64,000 nucleotides of DNA from Balanoglossus misakiensis. Its lineage: Eukaryota > Animalia > Hemichordata. The stretch covers positions 8,912,844 through 8,976,843 of the forward strand of contig CM082588.2 in assembly GCA_040954595.2 (NCBI GenBank), read 5' to 3'. Positions 1-26,500 of the stretch are shown here, in pieces. The number at the start of each line of letters is the position of its first letter. Position 1 is the first letter of the stretch. The position numbers were made by a program, and so were the translations under genes. Under the pieces are notes generated by a model that saw nothing but the letters and a program-made list of their open reading frames with translations, ran no database searches and was not told the DNA's origin.

Positions 1-292
1 AATTGCAAGAATAATGCTGAATGTATGTTTAAAACGACGGAAATAATTTCAGTCATAATTTAGCAAGCACTCATAAACCTATTAACTTGAAAATGTAACC
101 AATTTCTATCATGATACATGTACCTTAGAACGTCATAGGCAGGTTAACTTTGATAATTCTGAAAATTAGACTATCCTTTTGAAATATTATAGCGGAAATT
201 ATTAGCAACTATTGTTTAAATACAATTACGGCTCTGTATCTCTTTTAGTGTAGAGTATACAAAAGTCAGTTCACGTCACCAAGTCTGCAGAT

Positions 293-14232
<13,940 letters not shown>

Positions 14233-14332
14233 ACCGACCAGATTGTCAAGTCACTGCGCAAATCAGTTTGTAAACATTTGGTCAATTCACTCATCTAGAC
14301 TTGCTTAAGTGTTTAGTTTTACCTGTCATAAA

Positions 14333-14342
14333 ATTAAATAAA
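14333..14342 (+). promoter_or_regulatory. Probable polyadenylation signal
   Basis: Overlapping ATTAAA and AATAAA ~100 nt after the stop codon. Confidence 0.6.
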
Positions 14343-15322
14343 ACACGCAAAGAAAAATGTGTCTATTCCTTCGTGCTTGGTCGAAGCCTCTATGAAATTC
14401 GAAATAGGTGAAATCCTTATTAGGTATCACATCTAATATGGACTTGTCAAGTTAACACATATTTTAACTTGTTTGACAGACACAGTGTGTACAATCACCC
14501 TATATACAAGAAAGCAGTGTGTATAAGTCTTCGAAAGACTGTTACCACATTCGTCTTTTTTCCATTCCCCCCCTCCCCCGATATCAGAGTCAATTGATGG
14601 GACAACCCTAACTCGACTACAGGCATATGAGAAATGTATTTAATATGTGGACATCTTAATGTCCCGAAGCACAGATAAAGATTCTTTTTGGGTAAACTGA
14701 GTCTAACATCTAGCCGCATTTTGTCCCTTGCTTCCAAGCAAAGCGGTCAAACTACGGCTGGACATTAGGCTAGGGTAAACTGAGACCTTGTCGTATATAA
14801 ATTTGCAATTGCCTATTCCTAGTTAGATCGTGGACTACCTTCATGGATACAGCCGGTTACTCCGCCATTTCTGCGACGGTTTCAAACTCTCAGACTTGTC
14901 AAGTAAATACTATGTTCAAGATTTATCTTGGGATGATGTTTCCAAGCAGTTTAAGCCCAATATGCTGCGGATTTGTACAAATTTGTTCTTATCCCATGAG
15001 TAGATGTTCATGCAAAACTGCATTCTTGCGAACCTGCAGAGTCATCTATTTCCGCTTCAGGAAGAATATATTGCCGTAAACAGCTAGGTCGTAGTTTACG
15101 ACGATGCTTCTTCCCTGAAAGTTATTTGCCGAGTGCTAATGCAAAGATTGTCCAATTTGAAAGAACAACTGAGATTTTCAGAAGTGCCAATAAATTATTA
15201 CGTCAATAAATACGAGAACAGTTTGGACGAAGTTACATCTTTTGGCCAAATGCATGGTCAGGACAAATTTGTCTTTTGGTTGAGTTTACTGAATTTTAGG
15301 ACAAGTTGAATGTGATGATATA

Positions 15323-15527
15323 CTGTAAAACACTTTATTTTCACGAGCAATAAATTTTCGCCAAATACGCGAGAGCCAAAATAGCCTGAAAATAAAAAGT
15401 CGCGTAAATTTTTTTGAAGATTACGATGCAGTGCATGAAATTAGAGAACGCGAAAATTAATACTCGCGAAACAGTGGCCTCTCTCGATATCGCGAAAATT
15501 TCAACTCGCGAAAAAAGTGTTTTACAG
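15323..15527. mobile_element. Tc1/mariner-pogo-type MITE
   Basis: TA|CTGTAAAACACTTT ... AAAGTGTTTTACAG|TA: perfect 14-bp TIR, TA duplication, internal CGCGAAAAT motifs. Confidence 0.8.
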
Positions 15528-15632
15528 TATGTAGATTTGAAGAATAGCTTACAGTACGTTGCTTTACGTGTTTTGCTAGGCCATGCTGTTCTGTTTTAGT
15601 TTGTTATACATTGCCTGGTTGTCAGTCATTTA

Positions 15633-16258
15633 TGGACTATTCAGTTTTTACAGCCTGGGGCGGCAAAATAGAAGGGGGGGGGGGTCACTTAAACTTTGAA
15701 AGCCGAAAGGGGGGGGGGGGTCATCTTTTTTCGAAACGTTTAGGGGGGGTCACATACTTTTGCCCCCCCCCCCCAACTCTTGCTTTTTCTAATGTGGGAG
15801 GGATACACCCTCTACCACACCCACACCCTTCATTCTTCGCCACATTTCATTTATTGGCTGGTTTGTCAACTGTACCAAGGCAGAGTACTTGCAACGCCTT
15901 CCCACCAATGCAACTTTGAACTCCGTTTTTCACAAAATTTTCTTATGTGTCATTTTAATTTATTCACAGATGTCTTTATTGCATCACTATAATTTTATAC
16001 AACTCAAGTGTAAATTTCTTTGAGAAATTTATAGTTGAGGTCTGGGAGCCTCCTTTTATTGCATACATTGTACATACGATCAGGACGGTGGGCAGGCTCT
16101 TGGAAACAAGCTTTATTCCTTCACAAGTAGTTGTCTAATGTTTTCAGGGGGTCATCATTTGTTGGTCCTGGGTGAAGGGGAGGGTCTACCTGATTTTGAA
16201 AATCAATGAAACAAACTTGCCGACCACCCCCACCCTGCTGTAAAATTTAAACAATCCC
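15633..16258. mobile_element. PIF/Harbinger-type MITE with G-runs
   Basis: TTA|TGGACTATTCAGTTTTTACAGC ... GCTGTAAAATTTAAACAATCCC|TTA: imperfect TIRs and a 3-bp TTA duplication. Confidence 0.6.
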
Positions 16259-16702
16259 TTATACCGACCGTTCACTGTCCAGAGGCCATAACCTTTACAA
16301 TTGACTCAGCTGCGCGGTCGAGTCTCTAGACTGTCCGTCATAGTAAAGCAAGTGAAAAAGGCATGGTTCAAGTTAGCTTGAATGGTTGTAGAGGATGCTG
16401 TCAGGTTTACTGGTGTGTTCGCAGCCCTATACCGCTACAAAGGCTTATGTGTAAATATCCAACAAACTTTCTGTTGTCAGCTCAGTTAAGTGGTTCCACT
16501 CTTACCTCCGGTAAAAATAATTGGAAACCTCACAGTCGCATCCCCCAAAACACCTCCGACCCCCACACAATATTTTTTTCATCCCGCTTGCCTTATAAGT
16601 AATGCATGGTCGATCGGTTACCCACAAGAATTGGCCAAGTCTGGCTATGTGTTCAATAGTGTAGGATTCGGGTTTATAGCAGTAAAAATTAAACCATCCT
16701 TC

Positions 16703-16731
16703 ACCTACGGCCATACCCCTTAGAATAAGCC
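16703..16731 (+). pseudogene. Truncated 5S rRNA 5'-end fragment
   Basis: ACCTACGGCCATACCCCTTAGAATAAGCC resembles the metazoan 5S start (GCCTACGGCCATACCAC...GAA). TTTATA lies ~30 nt upstream. Similarity stops after ~29 nt. Confidence 0.5.
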
Positions 16732-19700
16732 ATGAAAATGGACAACGGATTATCTAATAAACTGTATAGTAGTTTCATTTTCATTTTAACTTTTGCCCCA
16801 TACACTGTGTGGGTGAACATACCCCGAATAATGCAGTGCTATGATAGTTTGGAGATAAAGGGCTGGAGAATAGCAATATGTTTGTGTACACTACCAACAA
16901 GACCTCGTAGCCTCACAACTCGAAGGTTAAAGGCGACGGCGTTTTTTATCTGTCGGGTATAAGAAACATGCAGGGAAACTTGGTCATTTTTTGTCGCGGT
17001 TCACTTGGGCAAGTCTGAATACGGAGTGCTCAGCAGAGAGAAAGATAAACACGCTAAAACTGTGTCTTTCCGTCCGCATGACCAAACAAGGAGCTAAAAA
17101 GTCGTTATTTAGGCCGTAATAAAACGTTTTTGTCGCCGAGGAGTGAATAAAGAACGGTCAGATCGTTGCGGTGCAGGGAACTCTTATTTGCACCGCTGCG
17201 GTGCAGGGAACTCTTATTTGCACCGCGGAGATAATTGGAGTTATGCTGCATTATAGTGCGGAAAATTTCCGACTTAAGTACACATCGTGATGGCGAAGGG
17301 TTCAGGAAGGCTAGCCTTTTACCTGAAGGTGTCAACTGATGTTGGTTCGAGACCACTTTTTTCCATTTCTTTTTTTGTGAGAACTTTTAACGACATTATA
17401 ATTGTAATTTTTATCATTTTCTTAAATCCAATTCATTTCAATATCTACGCTGCGTTTTTTATCTGTCGGGTATAAGAAACATGCAGGGAAACTTGGTCAT
17501 TTTTTTGTCGCGGTTCACTTGGGCAAGTCTGAATACGGAGTGCTCAGCAGAGAGAAAGATAAACTCGCTAAAACCGTGTCTTTCCGTCCGCATGACCAAC
17601 CACGGAGCGAAAAGTTGTTCTTTAGGCCGTAATAAAACGTTTTTGTCGCCGAGGAGTGAATAAAGAACGTGATGGCGAAGGGTTCAGGAAGGCTTACCTT
17701 TTACCTGAAGGTGTCAACTGATGTTGGTTCGAGACCACTTTTTTTTATTTCTTTTTTTGTGAGAACTTTTAACGACATTATAATTGTAATTTTTATCATT
17801 TTCTTAAATCCAATTCATTTCAATATCTACGCTGCGTTTTTTATCTGTCGGGTATAAGAAACATGCAGGGAAACTTGGTCATTTTTTTGTCGCGGTTCAC
17901 TTGGGCAAGTCTGAATACGGAGTGCTCAACAGAGAGAAAGATAAACTCGCTAAAACCGTGTCTTTCCGTCCGCATGACCAACCACAGAGCGAAAAGTCGT
18001 TATTTAGGCCGTAATAAAACGTTTTTGTCGCCGAGGAGTGAATAAAGAACGGTCAGATCGTTGCGGTGCAGGGAACTCTTATTTGCACCGCTGCGGTGCA
18101 AATAAGATCATTGGAGTTATGCTGCAATATAGTGCGGAAAATTTCCGTCTTTTTCGAGTACACATCGTGATGGCGAAGGGTTCACCAAGGCTAACCTTTT
18201 ACCTGAAGGTGTCAACTGATGTTGGTTCGAGACCACTTTTTTTCCATTTCTTTTTTTGTGAGAACTTTTAACGACATTATAATTGTAATTTTTATCATTT
18301 TCTTAAATCCAATTCATTTCAATATCTACGCTGCGTTTTTTATCTGTCGGGTATAAGAAACATGCAGGGAAACTTGGTCATTTTTTTGTCGCGGTTCACT
18401 TGGGCAAGTCTGAATACGGAGTGCTCAGCAGAGAGAAAGATAAACTCGCTAAAACCGTGTCTTTCCGTCCGCATGACCAACCACGGAGCGAAAAGTTGTT
18501 CTTTAGGCCGTAATAAAACGTTTTTGTCGCCGAGGAGTGAATAAAGAACGTGATGGCGAAGGGTTCAGGAAGGCTTACCTTTTACCTGAAGGTGTCAACT
18601 GATGTTGGTTCGAGACCACTTTTTTCCATTTCTTTTTTTGTGAGAACTTTTAACGACATTATAATTGTAATTTTTATCATTTTCTTAAATCCAATTCATT
18701 TCAATATCTACGCTGCGTTTTTTATCTGTCGGGTATAAGAAACATGCAGGGAAACTTGGTCATTTTTTTGTCGCGGTTCACTTGGGCAAGTCTGAATACG
18801 GAGTGCTCAGCAGAGAGAAAGATAAACTCGCTAAAACCGTGTCTTTCCGTCCGCATGACCAACCACGGAGCGAAAAGTTGTTCTTTAGGCCGTAATAAAA
18901 CGTTTTTGTCGCCGAGGAGTGAATAAAGAACGTGATGGCGAAGGGTTCAGGAAGGCTTACCTTTTACCTGAAGGTGTCAACTGATGTTGGTTCGAGACCA
19001 CTTTTTTTTATTTCTTTTTTTGTGAGAACTTTTAACGACATTATAATTGTAATTTTTATCATTTTCTTAAATCCAATTCATTTCAATATCTACGCTGCGT
19101 TTTTTATCTGTCGGGTATAAGAAACATGCAGGGAAACTTGGTCATTTTTTTGTCGCGGTTCACTTGGGCAAGTCTGAATACGGAGTGCTCAGCAGAGAGA
19201 AAGATAAACTCGCTAAAACCGTGTCTTTCCGTCCGCATGACCAACCACAGAGCGAAAAGTCGTTATTTAGGCCGTAATAAAACGTTTTTGTCGCCGAGGA
19301 GTGAATAAAGAACGGTCAGATCGTTGCGGTGCAGGGAACTCTTATTTGCACCGCTGCGGTGCAAATAAGATCATTGGAGTTATGCTGCAATATAGTGCGG
19401 AAAATTTCCGTCTTTTTCGAGTACACATCGTGATGGCGAAGGGTTCACCAAGGCTAACCTTTTACCTGAAGGTGTCAACTGATGTTGGTTCGAGACCACT
19501 TTTTTTCTATTTCTTTTTTTTGTGAGAACTTTTAACGACATTATTATTGTAATTTGTATCATTTTCTTAAATCCAATTCATTTCAATATCTACGCTGCGT
19601 TTTTTATCTGTCGGGTATAAGAAACATGCAGGGAAACTTGGTCATTTTTTGTCGCGGTTCACTTGGGCAAGTCTCAATACGGAGTGCTCAGCAGAGAGAA

Positions 19701-20337
19701 AGATAAACTCGCTAAAACCGTGTCTTTCCGTCCGCATGACCAACCACGGAGCGAAAAGTCGATATTTAGGCCGTAATAAAACGTTTTTGTCGCCGAGGAG
19801 TGAATAAAGAACGGTCAGATCGTTGCGGTGCAGGGAACTTTTATTTGCACCGCAGCGGTGCAAATAAGATCATTGGAGTTATGCTGCAATATAGTGCGGA
19901 AAATTTCCGACTTTTTCGAGTACTCATCGTGATGGCGAAGGGTTCAGGAAGGCTAACCTTTTTACCTGAAGGTGTCAACTGATGTTGGTTCGAGACCACT
20001 TTTTTTCTATTTCTTTTTTGTGAGAACTTTTAACGACATTATTATTGTAATTTTTATCATTTTCTTAAATCCAATTCATTTCAATATCTACGCTGCGTTT
20101 TTTATCTGTCGGGTATAAGAAACATGCAGGGAAACTTGGTCATTTTTTTGTCGCGGTTCACTTGGGCAAGTCTGAATACGGAGTGCTCAGCAGAGAGAAA
20201 GATAAACTCGCTAAAACCGTGTCTTTCCGTCCGCATGACCAACCACGGAGCGAAAAGTCGTTATTTAGGCCGTAATAAAACGTTTTTGTCGCCGAGGAGT
20301 GAATAAAGAACGGTCAGATCGTTGCGGTGCAGGGAAC

Positions 20338-20368
20338 TCTTATTTGCACCGCTGCGGTGCAAATAAGA
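20338..20368. repeat. 31-bp perfect palindrome within the array unit (representative copy)
   Basis: TCTTATTTGCACCGC-T-GCGGTGCAAATAAGA: 15-bp arms, 1-nt spacer. Confidence 0.95.
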
Positions 20369-20418
20369 TCATTGGAGTTATGCTGCAATATAGTGCGGAA
20401 AATTTCGGTCTTTTTCGA

Positions 20419-20504
20419 GTACACATCGTGATGGCGAAGGGTTCAGGAAGGCTAACCTTTTACCTGAAGGTGTCAACTGATGTTGGTTCGAGACCACTTT
20501 TTTT
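20419..20504 (+). ncRNA. Putative Pol III tRNA-like small RNA cassette (representative copy; one per array unit, ~90 copies)
   Basis: A box TGGCGAAGGG 20432-20441; B box GGTTCGAGACC 20485-20495; T7 at 20498-20504; AATATAG at 20387-20393. Transcription is not demonstrated. Confidence 0.4.
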
Positions 20505-23500
20505 CTATTTCTTTTTTTTGTGAGAACTTTTAACGACATTATAATTGTAATTTTTATCATTTTCTTAAATCCAATACATTTCAATATCTACGCTGCGTTT
20601 TTTATCTGTCGGGTATAAGAAACATGCAGGGAAACTTGGTCATTTTTTTGTCGCGGTTCACTTGGGCAAGTCTGAATACGGAGTGCTCAGCAGAGAGAAA
20701 GATAAACTCGCTAAAACCGTGTCTTTCCGTCCGCATGACCAACCACGGAGCGAAAAGTCGTTATTTAGGCCGTAATAAAACGTTTTTGTCGCCGAGGAGT
20801 GAATAAAGAACGGTCAGATCGTTGCGGTGCAGGGAACTCTTATTTGCACCGCTGCGGTGCAAATAAGATCATAGGAGTTATGCTGCAATATAGTGCGGAA
20901 AATTTCCGTCTTTTTCGAGTACACATCGTGATGGCGAAGGTTTCAGGAAGGCTAACCTTTTACCTGAAGGTGTCAACTGATGTTGGTTCGAGACCACCTT
21001 TTTTCTCTTTCTTTTTTTGTGAGAACTTTTAACGACATTATTATTGTATTTTTTATCATTTTCTTAAATCCAATTCATTTCAATATCTACGCTGCGTTTT
21101 TTATCTGTCGGGTATAAGAAACATGCAGGGAAACTTGGTAATTTTTTTGTCGCGGTTCACTTGGGCAAGTCTGAATACGGAGTGCTCAGCAGAGAGAAAG
21201 ATAAACTCGCTAAAACCGTGTCTTTCCGTCCGCATGACCAACCACGGAGCGAAAAGTCGTTATTTAGGCCGTAATAAAACGTTTTTGTCGCCGAGGAGTG
21301 AATAAAGAACGGTCAGATCGTTGCGGTGCAGGGAACTCTTATTTGCACCGCTGCGGTGCAAATAAGATCATTGGAGTTATGCTGCAATATAGTGCGGAAA
21401 ATTTCCGTCTTTTTCGAGTACACATCGTGGTGGCGAAGGGTTCACCAAGGCTAACCTTTTACCTGAAGGTGTCAACTGATGTTGGTTCGAGACCACCTTT
21501 TTTCTCTTTCTTTTTTTGTGAGAACTTTTAACGACATTATTATTGTATTTTTTATCATTTTCTTAAATCCAATTCATTTCAATATCTACGCTGCGTTTTT
21601 TATCTGTCGGGTATAAGAAACATGCAGGGAAACTTGGTCATTTTTTTGTCGCGGTTCACTTGGGCAAGTCTGAATACGGAGTGCTCAGCAGAGAGAAAGA
21701 TAAACTCGCTAAAACCGTGTCTTTCCGTCCGCATGACCAACCACGGAGCGAAAAGTCGTTATTTAGGCCGTAATAAAACGTTTTTGTCGCCGAGGAGTGA
21801 ATAAAGAACGGTCAGATCGTTGCGGTGCAGGGAACTCTTATTTGCACCGCTGCGGTGCAATTAAGATCATTGGAGTTATGCTGCAATATAGTGCGGAAAA
21901 TTTCCGTCTTTTTCGAGTACACATCGTGATGGCGAAGGTTTCAGGAAGGCTAACCTTTTACCTGAAGGTGTCAACTGATGTTGGTTCGAGACCACTTTTT
22001 TTCTATTTCTTTTTTGTGAGAACTTTTAACGACATTATTATTGTAATTTTTATCATTTTCTTAAATCCAATACATTTCAATATCTACGCTGCGTTGTTTA
22101 TCTGTCGGGTATAAGAAACATGCAGGGAAACTTGGTCATTTTTTTGTCGCGGTTCACTTGGGCAAGTCTGAATACGGAGTGCTCAGCAGAGAGAAAGATA
22201 AACTCGCTAAAACCGTGTCTTTCCGTCCGCATGACCAACCACGGAGCGAAAAGTCGTTATTTAGGCCGTAATAAAACGTTTTTGTCGCCGAGGAGTGAAT
22301 AAAGAACGGTCAGATCGTTGCGGTGCAGGGAACTCTTATTTGCACCGCTGCGGTGCAATTAAGATCATTGGAGTTATGCTGCAATATAGTGCGGAAAATT
22401 TCCGTCTTTTTCGAGTACACATCGTGATGGCGAAGGGTTCAGGAAGGCTAACCTTTTACCTGAAGGTGTCAACTGATGTTGGTTCGAGACCACCTTTTTT
22501 CTATTTCTTTTTTGTGAGAACTTTTAACGACATTATTATTGTAATTTTTATCATTTTCTTAAATCCAATACATTTCAATATCTACGCTGCGTTTTTTATC
22601 TGTCGGGTATAAGAAACATGCAGGGAAACTTGGTCATTTTTTTGTCGCGGTTCACTTGGGCAAGTCTGAATACGGAGTGCTCAGCAGAGAGAAAGATAAA
22701 CTCGCTAAAACCGTGTCTTTCCGTCCGCATGACCAACCACGGAGCGAAAAGTCGTTATTTAGGCCGTAATAAAACGTTTTTGTCGCCGAGGAGTGAATAA
22801 AGAACGGTCAGATCGTTGCGGTGCAGGGAACTCTTATTTGCACCGCTGCGGTGCAAATAAGATCATAGGAGTTATGCTGCAATATAGTGCGGAAAATTTC
22901 CGTCTTTTTCGAGTACACATCGTGATGGCGAAGGTTTCAGGAAGGCTAACCTTTTACCTGAAGGTGTCAACTGATGTTGGTTCGAGACCACCTTTTTTCT
23001 CTTTCTTTTTTTGTGAGAACTTTTAACGACATTATTATTGTATTTTTTATCATTTTCTTAAATCCAATTCATTTCAATATCTACGCTGCGTTTTTTATCT
23101 GTCGGGTATAAGAAACATGCAGGGAAACTTGGTCATTTTTTTGTCGCGGTTCACTTGGGCAAGTCTGAATACGGAGTGCTCAGCAGAGAGAAAGATAAAC
23201 TCGCTAAAACCGTGTCTTTCCGTCCGCATGACCAACCACGGAGCGAAAAGTCGTTATTTAGGCCGTAATAAAACGTTTTTGTCGCCGAGGAGTGAATAAA
23301 GAACGGTCAGATCGTTGCGGTGCAGGGAACTCTTATTTGCACCGCTGCGGTGCAAATAAGATCATTGGAGTTATGCTGCAATATAGTGCGGAAAATTTCC
23401 GTCTTTTTCGAGTACACATCGTGGTGGCGAAGGGTTCACCAAGGCTAACCTTTTACCTGAAGGTGTCAACTGATGTTGGTTCGAGACCACCTTTTTTCTC

Positions 23501-26500
23501 TTTCTTTTTTTGTGAGAACTTTTAACGACATTATTATTGTATTTTTTATCATTTTCTTAAATCCAATTCATTTCAATATCTACGCTGCGTTTTTTATCTG
23601 TCGGGTATAAGAAACATGCAGGGAAACTTGGTCATTTTTTTGTCGCGGTTCACTTGGGCAAGTCTGAATACGGAGTGCTCAGCAGAGAGAAAGATAAACT
23701 CGCTAAAACCGTGTCTTTCCGTCCGCATGACCAACCACGGAGCGAAAAGTCGTTATTTAGGCCGTAATAAAACGTTTTTGTCGCCGAGGAGTGAATAAAG
23801 AACGGTCAGATCGTTGCGGTGCAGGGAACTCTTATTTGCACCGCTGCGGTGCAATTAAGATCATTGGAGTTATGCTGCAATATAGTGCGGAAAATTTCCG
23901 TCTTTTTCGAGTACACATCGTGATGGCGAAGGTTTCAGGAAGGCTAACCTTTTACCTGAAGGTGTCAACTGATGTTGGTTCGAGACCACTTTTTTCTATT
24001 TCTTTTTTGTGAGAACTTTTAACGACATTATTATTGTAATTTTTATCATTTTCTTAAATCCAATACATTTCAATATCTACGCTGCGTTGTTTATCTGTCG
24101 GGTATAAGAAACATGCAGGGAAACTTGGTCATTTTTTTGTCGCGGTTCACTTGGGCAAGTCTGAATACGGAGTGCTCAGCAGAGAGAAAGATAAACTCGC
24201 TAAAACCGTGTCTTTCCGTCCGCATGACCAACCACGGAGCGAAAAGTCGTTATTTAGGCCGTAATAAAACGTTTTTGTCGCCGAGGAGTGAATAAAGAAC
24301 GGTCAGATCGTTGCGGTGCAGGGAACTCTTATTTGCACCGCTGCGGTGCAATTAAGATCATTGGAGTTATGCTGCAATATAGTGCGGAAAATTTCCGTCT
24401 TTTTCGAGTACACATCGTGATGGCGAAGGGTTCAGGAAGGCTAACCTTTTACCTGAAGGTGTCAACTGATGTTGGTTCGAGACCACCTTTTTTCTATTTC
24501 TTTTTTGTGAGAACTTTTAACGACATTATTATTGTAATTTTTATCATTTTCTTAAATCCAATACATTTCAATATCTACGCTGCGTTTTTTATCTGTCGGG
24601 TATAAGAAACATGCAGGGAAACTTGGTCATTTTTTTGTCGCGGTTCACTTGGGCAAGTCTGAATACGGAGTGCTCAGCAGAGAGAAAGATAAACTCGCTA
24701 AAACCGTGTCTTTCCGTCCGCATGACCAACCACGGAGCGAAAAGTCGTTTTTTAGGCCGTAATAAAACGTTTTTGTCGCCGAGGAGTGAATAAAGAACGG
24801 TCAGATCGTTGCGGTGCAGGGAACTCTTATTTGCACCGCTGCGGTGCAAATAAGATCATTGGAGTTATGCTGCAATGTAGTGCGGAAAATTTCCGTCTTT
24901 TTCGAGTACACATCGTGATGGCGAAGGGTTCACCAAGGCTAACCTTTTACCTGAAGGTGTCAACTGATGTTGGTTCGAGACCACCTTTTTTCTCTTTCTT
25001 TTTTGTGAGAACTTTTAACGACATTATTATTGTATTTTTTATCATTTTCTTAAATCCAATTCATTTCAATATCTACGCTGCGTTTTTTATCTGTCGGGTA
25101 TAAGAAACATGCAGGGAAACTTGGTCATTTTTTTGTCGCGGTTCACTTGGGCAAGTCTGAATACGGAGTGCTCAGCAGAGAGAAAGATAAACTCGCTAAA
25201 ACCGTGTCTTTCCGTCCGCATGACCAACCACGGAGCGAAAAGTCGTTATTTAGGCCGTAATAAAACGTTTTTGTCGCCGAGGAGTGAATAAAGAACGGTC
25301 AGATCGTTGCGGTGCAGGGAACTCTTATTTGCACCGCTGCGGTGCAATTAAGATCATTGGAGTTATGCTGCAATATAGTGCGGAAAATTTCCGTCTTTTT
25401 CGAGTACACATCGTGATGGCGAAGGTTTCAGGAAGGCTAACCTTTTACCTGAAGGTGTCAACTGATGTTGGTTCGAGACCACTTTTTTTCTATTTCTTTT
25501 TTTGTGAGAACTTTTAACGACATTATTATTGTAATTTTTATCATTTTCTTAAATCCAATTCATTTCAATATCTACGCTGCGTTTTTTATCTGTCGGGTAT
25601 AAGAAACATGCAGGGAAACTTGGTCATTTTTTTGTCGCGGTTCACTTGGGCAAGTCTGAATACGGAGTGCTCAGCAGAGAGAAAGATAAACTCGCTAAAA
25701 CCGTGTCTTTCCGTCCGCATGACCAACCACGGAGCGAAAAGTCGTTATTTAGGCCGTAATAAAACGTTTTTGTCGCCGAGGAGTGAATAAAGAACGGTCA
25801 GATCATTGCGGTGCAGGGAACTCTTATTTGCACCGCTGCGGTGCAAATAAGATCATTGGAGTTATGCTGCAATATAGTGCGGAAAATTTCCGTCTTTTTC
25901 GAGTACACATCGTGGTGGCGAAGGGTTCACCAAGGCTAACCTTTTACCTGAAGGTGTCAACTGATGTTGGTTCGAGACCACCTTTTTTCTCTTTCTTTTT
26001 TGTGAGAACTTTTAACGACATTATTATTGTATTTTTTTATCATTTTCTTAAATCCAATTCATTTCAATATCTACGCTGCGTTTTTTATCTGTCGGGTATA
26101 AGAAACATGCAGGGAAACTTGGTCATTTTTTTGTCGCGGTTCACTTGGGCAAGTCTGAATACGGAGTGCTCAGCAGAGAGAAAGATAAACTCGCTAAAAC
26201 CGTGTCTTTCCGTCCGCATGACCAACCACGGAGCGAAAAGTCGTTTTTTAGGCCGTAATAAAACGTTTTTGTCGCCGAGGAGTGAATAAAGAACGGTCAG
26301 ATCGTTGCGGTGCAGGGAACTCTTATTTGCACCGCTGCGGTGCAAATAAGATCATTGGAGTTATGCTGCAATATAGTGCGGAAAATTTCCGTCTTTTTCG
26401 AGTACACATCGTGATGGCGAAGGGTTCACCAAGGCTAACCTTTTACCTGAAGGTGTCAACTGATGTTGGTTCGAGACCACCTTTTTTCTCTTTCTTTTTT

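Noticed and set aside
232-271. Core promoter (TCAGTT initiator at 266-271) for the gene
   Set aside because: No TATA at -30, and TCTCTTTTAG ending at 248 could equally be a splice acceptor for an upstream non-coding exon. This cannot be resolved without transcripts.
16303-16329. Hairpin followed by CTAG, resembling a Helitron 3' end
   Set aside because: The hairpin is imperfect, spacing to CTAG is atypical, and no 5' end was found.
20150-20245. Faint 5S-like words in the unit (CGCGGTT, ACTTGG, GAATAC, GTGCT, CGTCCG)
   Set aside because: They need many gaps and a permuted order, so I cannot tell them from chance by eye. A covariance-model search would be needed.
20425-20497. Functional tRNA-Gly(ACC) gene in each unit
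   Set aside because: No 3' acceptor strand, no proper D stem, a pyrimidine at position 37 and only a 3-bp firm T stem. Kept only as tRNA-like.
20380-20500. Spliced-leader RNA on the minus strand (CAG|GTAA within a hairpin)
   Set aside because: No convincing Sm site downstream (AATTTTCC, not RAU4-6GR). It could be revisited by checking mRNA 5' ends for the leader.
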